Shown piece by piece: positions 53,346-64,000 of a stretch of 64,000 nt of DNA (its first letter is position 1; the number at the start of each line of letters is the position of its first letter). A program made the translations under genes and the position numbers. The notes beneath the pieces are model-generated. The model made no database searches. It had not been told where the DNA came from and saw only the letters and a list, made by a program, of their open reading frames with translations. The DNA is taken from assembly GCA_013239625.1 (NCBI GenBank), contig MU053561.1, forward strand, positions 1,659,818 through 1,723,817. The letters run 5' to 3'. The DNA comes from Lama guanicoe. Lineage: Eukaryota.

Positions 53346-54408
53346 TGGGGGTTCATTTGCTCTAAAGATGATAAAAAGTCAGATGGGCTGTTTATTAGCA
53401 GCATGACATCTATTAACAAGATTCATCCCCCACTCTATTGCTTTGGTCAGATTTGCAATATGCTGTATACTTTATCCTCTTCCTTATTAGAGATTCGCAG
53501 TCACGTGAGCATATTAGCACTTCTGAGACATTCACAGGAGAGACGTCTATTTATCCATGTTAAACTTATATATCATCAAACTCTTCTATGTAACTTTTGT
53601 TATTCTTGGGAATTACTAAAGCATGGTGATTCAGAAATCAACAGCATGAATCTGTTTCCTCTCTGTCCATTTATATCGCTGTTTGCTCAGAAGCCAAGGA
53701 GGAGGTCACAATCACAGGTATCATTTAAGTATACTCTGGCCACAAGGAGAGCTGGTGTGTATGGCTCATGTTGGTCCATGGAGTCCAGCTAGCCATTAAT
53801 TTCACTACCTTTTTTAAACCCCATCTATAAATCTGCCAGTGACCGTTAAATGAGTCATAAATTAATAAATGATGAATAAATGGAAGAAACGCTTTACAGG
53901 ATGATGACTAGTATCATTTTCAAACAGGAGGTGTATTTATCTGGTAGTTCTCCTTTCCATGCATCCTCTACCACTGTCCTAGTCTAGCACCCACAAGATA
54001 TGACCCACAGAAGTTTGAAAAGGCTTTGTGGTAGTCGCTAGCAAGGTAAGACAGTGTATACCGCACAGTTGGTTTAGTTTAATCAGTAAATATTTGCAAC
54101 TGGGAAAGAAAAAGGTACACTGCTAGAAGTAAACCATACAGCCTGGAGGCACCCTGTCTGATACATGATTTAGGAGAGTATTGGATAGGAAGCTGGGTTC
54201 TTTCAAAGGGTTTAGTATGACTTTTCTAGGTTGACACTGATTTAGAATTATTGACACAAACACCTTTTTTGGAGGCATCAAACAGGCCTTTCAGGAATTA
54301 CCTTTTCAGCACAGAAACATAGAACATATGGCAACAAAAAGGCACAGCATTGACCAAGGGAAGAACAAAGCCTACATGCAACTGGATGTTGGTGTCTTTG
54401 ATTTGCAG

Positions 54409-54470
54409 AGTGCACCGCGAACGATGAGATCAAAGATGAAACCGTCACAAATGCTGATCCTCTTGAAAAG
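54409..54470 (+). CDS. SPAG17: SPAG17 probable exon 16 (62 nt, phase 1/0)
   Basis: tttgatttgcag|AG...AAG|gtaaga; ECTANDEIKDETVTNADPLEK; supplies the phase change needed between its neighbours. Confidence 0.9.
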
Positions 54471-55039
54471 GTAAGAAATTATTGTCCTAGAAGTGTAGAT
54501 GCAAGTAAGATGATCTGAGAAAACTGAACTTAAAAAAAAAAATAAAGGCAGAGAGAGAGAGACGCTTAGCAGGAGGAAGCTGATGCTAGAGGACAGGGAT
54601 TACTCAGACATCCCCAGACCAGCTCCAACTGGAGAGAAAGGAGTTAATTCCACTAGCCGCTCAAGCAAAACTTCCCAGCTCCATGCTCCTCTCTAGACAG
54701 TGTGGCTTGGCAACTTCATGAACACCTGCTGACCATACAGCCGTGTAGAACTAATGCTGTCTTGAAGCAAGTTCAGAAAACCTGCCTATAATTGCTAACA
54801 GAACTCAGAAGAGTATAACCTAACAATAAAAATATTTAGATTATGTTGCCCATAAAAAAAAAGTCAAAGGCGTATTCTTTTTGGCAGGAGTTCTCTTAAA
54901 ATGTTGCCATATGGGTTTCTACATATGCAGATTTCCCCAATTAGACGGAGTGCATGCTGGTTAGTTGATGGAGTCCAAGAGGGCTCCACTTGGAACTTAA
55001 ACAAATCAAAGCTGAAATTGTATTCCTATGATTTCTTAG

Positions 55040-55192
<153 letters not shown>

Positions 55193-55549
55193 TAGGTCTG
55201 GGGAGGTGTGGTGTGATTTGCAACTTCTAGGTCACTTCTAGGTCATGCTTAGATCTCGTTCAGATCAATATTCCCATTTTACTTCAGCTATAAAATGAGT
55301 TAATGCCCAGATTGAGCTATGCATGCCCAAGATTGTTTGAAATACACTTTCTAAAAGGATGTTTTTTATAAAATCTTAAGAAAAAAAGATACGTGCATGA
55401 CTGCTACACATTAAAAAAAAACCCATAATAATAAAAGTAAAGCATTACTGGGAAGCAACCTTGTTTTCCCCATTTTGCCTGTCAGTTCTCTTCCGTTTTC
55501 ACATTTCAAACTATTTTCTGATGCAATTGACAGGTCAGTGGAAGCTGTG

Positions 55550-55765
55550 ATAGCTGACATTTACTGAGTGCTTTACCATGTGCCAGTCAATGATTAACAT
55601 GTATTATTAGCTTATATAATCTTTTCAATAATCCTCTGAAGTAGAAACTATCTCAGTAGTAGGAAATGGAGGCACCTTGACCAATAGTAACTTTTGCCCA
55701 AGGTCACATGGCTGGTAAGTGAGAGACGAAAGAAATGAACCCAAGAAATCCAGCCCCAGAACCAC
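55550..55765 (-). mobile_element. MIR SINE
   Basis: gctgacatttactgagtgctttaccatgtgcc...ttgcccaaggtcacatggctggtaagtg...gaaccc. Confidence 0.8.
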
Positions 55766-57387
55766 CATGCAAAATAATAAGTGAATGCTAAAATTGGCTT
55801 CTTTTGTTGCTTTTACATTTTATGCCAAAACCTATGTTCTTTTCTGTCTTTCTAATTTCAATTTTACTTTTATCAAAGTTTTACATCCACATGTTATTAA
55901 AGCCAAAAAATTCTATTTTCTTATGAAAAATAGCCACTTCTTCCCACCCCTATGCCTAAATTCCCAGAAGTAAAAATCTTCAGGGTATTTACCTGTTTTT
56001 TTTTTTGTTGTTGTTACTTAATTCAGTTGTCTAAATTATTATTCAAACCCAGCAGACATTTTATCAGTTTTGTTGTCTAAACGATGCCTTCCCTGTGTGC
56101 TCTGCACTGCTGTTTGCCCTCATATCTCCTGCACAGCTATGGTCCTGGGCTCTCCCTTCACTATCATCCCAGACTCTCGTATCAACTTTGCCTCTATTTC
56201 CAGTTGGATACTCTGTCTCCTGAGTCCCATGTCATCTTCTCTCTTGGGTTATACTCTTTTTTGTAGGGGACCATCTCTTCCTGTTGCTTCCTGAATTAAA
56301 ATAGATGGCAGGTAAATTTTTGAGGCATTGGCTGTTTGAAAACATCTTAATTGTACCCTTACATTTGACTGTCAGTTGTCTTTATATAAAATGCTAAGTT
56401 TAAAACATTTTCCCTCAAAATTTTGAAGGCATTCCTCAATAGTCTTCTAGCTTTCCAGATGGTCCTTGAGAAAAAAACCAGTGAAATTCTGACTGGTGAT
56501 CACCTGTTTATGAGTCTCTGATGGTGTTCTGTTTTTCCTAGGGGTCTGGATTCCCTGTTGATGGGCCTTGGTATGTGGTTCTGTTCCTGAATACTGTACT
56601 TGGGAGCCCACTATAATCCAGAAACTCTGGTCTTTATATTTTTGGAAATGTCCTACAATCACAACTGTAATAATGATCATCTCCCTCCATTTTCTTTAGT
56701 CTTTCTTCCTGAACTGCCTATTATTCAGATGTTGGACTTCCTGGACTGAACTTCCAATTTCCTTATCTTTACCCTCCTAGTTTCCAACACTGTTTCTTTT
56801 TATTCTGGAAATACAGTGCTGTTTTCCTCCACTTCTTCTAGTGAGTCCTCTGTGTCTGTTTTTACAGTGTTAATTTCCTAAAGTTCTATTTATAGTTACA
56901 GATTACCTTTATAGAACAATCTATTCACATTCCCTGGTACCATATTTTCTCTTATCTCTGTAAGGATATTAAACTCCTTTGAAGTCTTAGTGTCTTCTCC
57001 CTGCATTGTATCTTTTTCCTAAAGTTTTCTTTAAGTTTTTTTTTGTTTCAATTTTTCATATTGGGAAATAATATCTAATGATATTTACCCTTTTGTAACT
57101 TAATAGTGAGGCACTAAAAATATGATAGGAATGTTGCATGAGGTCAGGGTTGGGGGAAGTTGTCAAAAACTGGTCTTTGTTGTTGAGTGATTTGGCTGTG
57201 GGGTTTCCTTGGGAGACCTGCCAGTGCTGATACATTAATTCTGTACTCTTGGGCCATTTAGAGTCTCCAGGAAAAAAAAAAAGATCTAATCTCCTATTTT
57301 CAAAATATAACCTACCAGTCAGGGTTTTGGGTGCTAAGTGGTAGAGGGAAGGAGTTTAAGATTTCTTACCACTCAGTCTCTAGATCC

Positions 57388-57737
57388 TCACTGTCCGGTG
57401 TGGTAGCCACCAGTCACATGTAGATTCTCAGTACTTGAAGTGTGGCTAGTTAAAATGAGATGTGCTGTTAAGTACACTATGCACTGTGTAAGTGCTATGG
57501 ACACCAGACTTCAAGGACTTAGTTGGAAAAGAAAGTGATATATTTCATTGACAATTTTTACATTGATTACATATTGAAATGATAATATATTTTTGACATA
57601 TTGGGTTAAATAAAATATATAGTTAAAATTAATTTTACCTTTTATTCCCTAGCCTTTAAAATATGGCTACTATAAAATGTAAAATTCCACATGTGGCTCA
57701 CATTTGTGGCTCACCTTATATTTCTGTTGGACCATGC
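57388..57737. mobile_element. MER33-like hAT-Charlie DNA transposon
   Basis: ctgtcc..ggtagccaccagtcacatg...gagatgtgctgttaagt...acaccagacttcaaggacttag...atgtggctcacatt...tttctgttggac. Confidence 0.82.
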
Positions 57738-58249
57738 CAATTTAGACTTTACACAATTCTCTTTCTTCTGGGGTATATCTCTCCCTCAATGTGCCTTTAA
57801 ATCCACAGGGTCACTTTATGTGGGTCACTCTTCTGCTGAGATGGGAGATGGGCAGTCTGCTGGCGTTCAGAACTGTTGAGGGCTTTTGGAGGCCCTAATG
57901 GCTTCTTAAAAGACTAATTTTCCTGTTTTCAATGCCCCTTTCACTCCATGGCATTTCCAGAACCTTCTTGTATTTCTGCACACAGATAAATTTCCTTCTG
58001 CTCTCTTGAAATTAATCTTAGGATTTGGCTTTGTGTGTTCTGCTAAGTCAGTTACCCCGATCCTTCTGCTTTCCAGCTTCTCAAATGTTGTTGCATTTGC
58101 CTCTTCTGTGGCCTTTAACTTTGTAATATTAAAACTCAAAAATTTTACTGTTCCTTTAGTGAGGGGATTAAGGACTGCATGTGTTTAATCTTCCATCTTT
58201 AACTGGAAGTTCATTTCAGACATTTTTATTTTGATTTATCTCTGTCCTT

Positions 58250-59110
58250 ACCACTCCATGAAACTTCACTTTTCAAGGTCACATGTAATTGTTCCCCCAA
58301 ACCTAATGAATGTTCATCTTCCTTGATTTTTTAGTTACAAAGCCAATCATTTCCCCGTGAAACATTCTTCATTCTTGGTTTCCAAGGCACCATACTGGAT
58401 TCCTCCTCAGGGCTCCATTTGAAATTTTGTTGAATTTCTTCTCCTCCATCTAATATCTAAGTATTGAAGTGCCTCAAGTCCCAGGCCTGAATCATCTTCA
58501 CGCCTTTGCAAATATTCTTTTAATTATTTTGTCTATTATATATATCTAATCCTGATGTCTCATAAGATTTTATCTTCCAAGCTATCTCTGTCTTGAGCTC
58601 CATCTTAGTGTACCTACCTCCAAATTCCATTTGAATCTCTGATAGGCATCTTAAATTCAGTGTCCTATAGGAAGCTCGTAATTTTCCCAAGCATGTTTCT
58701 CCCCTCATCCATCTCAGGAAACATCACCACTGCCAAAAGGCTAAGTGTTACTCCTTATTTCAGCTTTTCCTTTGTCCCAAATGTCTGATCCATTATCAGG
58801 TTTTGAGGGAACACCTCAAAATGTATCTTCAAGCTCTTCACCATCTCCACTGCTGCTACTTTAATCCAGCTACCATCCTCTTGATCTACTGTAATGTTCT
58901 TCCAATCATCAACCTGCTTCCACTCTTGCCTGACTCGATCCATTCTCTACATATCAGATGTTCCATCAGTTTCATCTTCTTAGACACAACTCTCTGAACT
59001 CTAGAATCCTCTATAAAAATCCTAATTAGATTTTAGAGAAAAATCTTATCTAGTTCATTTTGTTTTCCTGGAACCTATACATAGCCTGGCACATAGTAGG
59101 TCTTCACTGT
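58250..59110 (+). mobile_element. L2 fragment
   Basis: ctgataggcatcttaaattcagtgtcc...ccatctccactgctgctac...gcctggcacatagtagg. Confidence 0.7.
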
Positions 59111-59929
59111 TAACAAAAAAATTAGTTAATGAGACCAACAATATTAACACAGAATAATAGGTAGAGGCCAAGTTTTTAAAAAAGAAGAAGAAATATATGA
59201 AAGTTTATCAAATGTTGATTGAGAACAACTTCAGCTCTGAGAAGCATAGTGCCATATATCCTATCAGTCAAAATTAATGTGGAAACAGAAAGATTGTGGC
59301 GCTCTTGAATAGAAGGAAGAATACACGTTCATCAGAGATAAACATATTTGTTTTTTGGATTTAAAGTCTGAAAGGAATTTGCCTTTCAAAAAAAAGAGTA
59401 AAGTAATGGCTAGTGCCCTACACAGCAAGTTTTTTAAAATGCAAAAATATTTACCACGTGTGTTTTTCTTGTATTGGCTCTCAGGGAACAGATGTACGGC
59501 TTTAAATGCCACTTCATAAAGACACTCATGTGGAGGACTAGATTGGGGACGTAAATGTGTTATTTTGATTATGCTACCAGTGTAAAATTGAAAGCAAAAG
59601 TAAAACAGTCCTTTCCTGACATAATAGGCAATTCCATGCCTTTAGATCATCCAAACGGTAGAGAATAGGAAGCTGCCTACACTAGATTGATATGGACAGC
59701 GCAAACAAAAACAAAAACCCGCAGCTGTCTGATTTATTTCCTGATGGATCTGTTTCCTTATGTTGACTGGCATAAGGAAAAGGCAATAGGACAGCGAGCT
59801 GCCCACTGTGCCCCTCTGTTTGGGGCTAGAGTTGCAGTGCTGATGATAGAATGTTTGGGGAAAGGCCAGGGATAGAAGTCATGTAGACCAATCTGTATCC
59901 AGAAGACCACTCAGGTCATGTCTCTGTAC

Positions 59930-60165
59930 TACAGCGTGGTGTCGTGGAGAGCACTGTGTGGGGTATGAAATGTGACATCTAGATGAGCCCTGACACCAGA
60001 ACTTAGGGGTACTGTATTCTTGGACAAGTCTTTTATTTTCTCTTGGTCACAACTGATGCTGAAAAAAAATGCAACTTTTAATATTTTTTTAATGGGAAAA
60101 ATAATCCTACCTACTTATCTGGGATTTTTATAATGATGAAATGAGACAATCTAGATGAAGGCACA
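59930..60165 (+). mobile_element. MIR SINE
   Basis: cagcgtggtgtcgtggagagcac...aatgggaaaaataatcctacctactt...gaaatgagacaat. Confidence 0.6.
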
Positions 60166-60443
60166 GATAACATTAAGTAACTAACTCCTAGACTGTAACT
60201 ATTATCTCCAAGCCTTAATGAAAAACACTTGAGCAAATGCCTGTATGCCTAGAGCCTTGTATTTGTTTTTCTGTAAGAGCTGCTGGAATGCCCCCCTCCC
60301 CCAAATATCTACCATTTATGCTCTCACCTTGACTAACATCATGGCGGTAAGGGGAGAAAAAGAAAGGGGCAGAGAAATGCCCTGGCGCGAGACCCTTCTC
60401 TTGGGGAAAAAAGACACAACAATGGAATTATTTTGGTTTTTAG

Positions 60444-60599
<156 letters not shown>

Positions 60600-61329
60600 T
60601 AATTAGCTATCTTGTTAGCTTGTTAGTTACTTAGTTTTCAGTTCCTTGGCTGAAGCTCGGTGGTTCAACTTGATAAAAGCATTTGTGTGGTACTATAGGT
60701 TCAATTCAGCTCATCAAGTTGAATGTCTGCTACATGCCAGGCACTAGGATAGGAATTGAAACTATTCTACTGAAGAAGACAGATACCATTCCTTGCCCCA
60801 TTGCGTCTAATGGGGGTATTATTAAACTCTGTTGGATTGATCTAGACTCCAGTAAAAAGCCTCTGAAACATTTAAAGTAGAAACAACAAAACATGACATT
60901 CTGCATGCTGGTTTTGCGTTAACTCCACTTCATCTAGGGAAAACTCAAAAGTAGGGCAACTGAGTGGCATATGCAGTCAGGTTCCCAGAAAACTGAGACC
61001 TATAGGAATCATTGTTTTTTTTTTTCTTTCCAGCTCTTTAGTTATTTTGTTGCTATCTTAAGATTTTGCTCTGTCTTCTCATTAATAATAATGACATTTC
61101 ATTATTTTTCAATACTAGCTAATGTATATTCAGTATTTATGTTTTGTATAGCATTGTTTTAGTCCTAAGGGATACAGAAAGGTAGAATGGACATGGACTG
61201 ACAGAATAATTGGGGAAACAGGTTGTGTACATGCATATATATATATATATATACGCAGGAACTCACATTTTAAAGTCATAAAATGATTTTTTTAAATTAA
61301 GGCACATAATAGGTACACCAAGCTCATAT

Positions 61330-63540
61330 CTTGAACTATTGTTTTTCTTTGGTTTTTTTATTGCTAGTAATTACACTTTTCATTTCTTTGTTGACTAGGA
61401 TTTCCAATACAATTTTGAGAACATACTTGTCTTGTTCTAGGTTTTGAATATTCATCTTTTAAGTATGTTTTTGGCTTTTTGCTATAGGGTTTATGTAAAT
61501 ACTCCTTATCAGGTTAGAGAAGTTCCTCCTATGACGAGTTTGCTATGAGTTCTTAATCATAAATGACTATTAAATCATATCAAATGATCTTTCTACATCA
61601 ATTTAGGTGTCCTTTTTTTTTCCTTTTCTTTTCTTTAATTGGTTAAAGTGCTACATTTCTAGTGTTCAGCCTTACATTCTTGTGAAAATCCAGTTTGTCC
61701 ATTATGTTACCTTTTTTGTAAGTTGCTGCGTTTGGTTTGCTAATACATTGTTTAGGATATTTGTGTCTGAATTCGTGGGTAAGATTCAACTGTCATCTTC
61801 CCTTCTTTAAATGTTCTTGTCTGGCTTTGGCACTGAGATTTTATTAGCCTCAAAAATTAATGGGAGGATGTTCTCCCTCTTTACGTTTGTTTTTTAAATT
61901 TTCTGAAAGAGTTTGTACAAGACTAAGCTATATGTTCCTTTGGCATTTGGTAAAACTTGAAGATAAAAACATCTGGACCTGGGGAGATGTTTAATTACTG
62001 CTGATTCAGCTTCTGTCGGGTTATTAGATTCTTTGGGTTTTCTTTTTATTTATTTATTTATTATTTATTTATTTATTTATTTATTATTGTAATTGAAGTG
62101 TATGTAGTCAGTTACAATGTGTCGATTACTGGTGTATATAGATATATTCATTTTCATATTTTTTTCATTAAAGATTATTACAGAATATTGAATATAGTTA
62201 TTTTTGAATAGATTTAATACTTTCTATTTCTGTAGGAATTTACCATTTCACCTGTTTTCAAGTTATTGGCATAAAGTTGATTACAATATGCTTTTGCCTC
62301 TTTGTGTCACATCTACCTTTATTCCTTTTGATACCTTATATTTTTAATCTGTGATTTCTCTACATTTTTCTGGACTAATCTCACCAACGGTTTGCCAGTT
62401 TTGTTGATTTTTATAAAAATCAGCTGTTGCCCTTGATTCTTCCTCCTTTTTATTTTTGATTATATTCTCATCTCTATTATCTTTTTTATTTCCCCTTTGA
62501 ATTTCTTTGGATTAATCTGATGTTCTTTATCTAATTTAAATTAGAAATTTATCCCAGGATTTTGAGTTGTTGTTTGTTGCTTTCTAAGCACTGAAGGCAA
62601 AATCTCTATGTACCACCAAGCAGCACCACAAAATATCTGGTTGATAGATTTTTATCGTTCATTTCTAATTTCCATAATGTTTTCTTATTTGACCCATTGA
62701 CTGCATAGAAATGTGAGTTTTAATTTTAAACATTTGGCTGTGAGTTACATTTTTGTTGTGGTTTATAATGTCAAGATCCAGTGGTCAGATAACATGTTCT
62801 ATAGAATACTGATGCTGTGAAATGTGTTGATCTACTTTATTGCTTAACATGTGGTTAGTTTTTATAAATACTCCAAGTTTGCATGATAAGAGAGTATTGA
62901 TATGCAGATATTGAAAAAACTTGCATCCCTGAGATGAATCCCGTTTGATCATGGTGTATAATCCTTTTAATGCATTGTTGGAGTCAATTTGCTAGTATTT
63001 TGTTGAGGATTTTTGCATCTATATTTATAAGTGATATTGGCCTGTAATTTTCTTTTTTTGTGACATCTTTGTCTGGTTTTTGGTATCAGAGTGATTATGT
63101 CCTCATAGAATGAGTTTGGAAGTGTTCCTTCCTCTGCAATTTTTTGGAATCATTTCAGAAGGATAGGTGTACGCTTCCCAAGAGAATGAAGTCTTTGTTT
63201 CCTCCAGTCCTGTGAGACTCCTGCAATTAAGCCCCACTTGCCTTCAAAACCAGATGTCCTGGGGTCTTCTCCTCCCAGTGCTGGAACCCCAGGCTGGGGA
63301 GCCTGATATGGGGCTTAGAACTCTCACTCCTGTGGGAGGGCCTCCGCAACTGAATTATTCTTCAGCTTGTGAGTCGCCCACCTTGGGGGTACGGGCTGAT
63401 TATATTGTGAGCATGCCCCTCCTACCGTCCCGCTGTGGTTCCCTCTTTGTTTCCAGTTGAAGATTTTTTTTTTTGCTAGGTTCTAGTCTTTTTTTCGATG
63501 GTTGTTTAGCAGTCATTTGTGGTTTCATTGTAGTCACCTC
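61330..63540 (-). mobile_element. Composite antisense L1 cluster: old L1M ORF2, a younger L1 3' end at about 62045-62200, an ORF2 piece at about 62915-63170 and a 5'UTR piece at about 63167-63540
   Basis: ctaggatttccaatacaattttga; (TTTA)n tail; cttgcatccctgagatgaatcccgtttgatcatggtg; ccccaggctggggagcctgatatggggcttagaactctcactcctgtggga. Confidence 0.85.
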
Positions 63541-64000
63541 TGTTATTGTGGTCTTAAGACTTTAGTTCTATCTTCATGTTTTTACCCCACAAATTTGTAT
63601 CATTTTTGTTTTTATATCTAGTGTTTGTGTGAATTAACATATGCTTACTATTTTATTTTCCCTTCTTCCTAAAGTAAAGGCTTTAAGAATTCCTATAGTG
63701 AGGATCTTTGGTCTTAAAATCAGGTTTGTTTATTGAAAGTGTCTGCATTTTAACCTTGTTCTTGAAGGATAATTTTGCTCAGGATATAATCCTTGATTGA
63801 CAAGTGAATTCTTCTCAGCACATTGGAAAAATTATTCCATTGTCTTTTGAATGCCTTTGAAGTTACTAAGATGTAAACATCATTCTTAATGAGAAGTGTA
63901 ACAAACATGCTCTGTAAAATTTGAAACAAAACAGATAACCACTATCGCCAATTCTAAGCAACATTTAATGAAGATCTAAGTCTGCAAAATAAATTGATTA

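Noticed and set aside
53337..53792. 151-aa ORF
   Set aside because: No recognisable protein; it starts in an L2 remnant and has no exon-like boundaries.

Overview
Mammalian genomic DNA, most likely from a camelid (inferred from four copies of a ~120-140 bp tRNA-derived SINE resembling the camelid Vic-1 family). The whole window lies inside one large + strand gene. I could read 15 internal coding exons (15553-60598), which splice together in one open frame of 2240 nt (746 codons + 2 nt). The translation matches my recollection of the N-terminal third of SPAG17 (PF6, axonemal central-pair C1a projection protein), probably exons 4-18 by human numbering. Fourteen donors are GT, one is a frame-required GC, and all acceptors are AG. 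The introns contain L1, L2, MIR, MER DNA transposons, an ERV1 solo LTR and microsatellites. Almost all ORF-track entries are spurious or L1-derived. I see no convincing new gene system. The best leads are: (i) a CpG-rich double-hairpin element containing a possible in-frame 69-nt cassette exon whose donor is paired in the stem; (ii) two co-oriented strong CTCF motifs plus Hox/Pbx-motif-rich, repeat-free blocks, which may belong to the neighbouring TBX15 regulatory domain; (iii) several splice oddities: a GC-AG intron behind an expanded poly-Pro tract, a SINE in a branch-point zone, and a 95-nt intron with a built-in stop; and (iv) L1 rearrangements. Repeat family names and boundaries were assigned by eye and are approximate.
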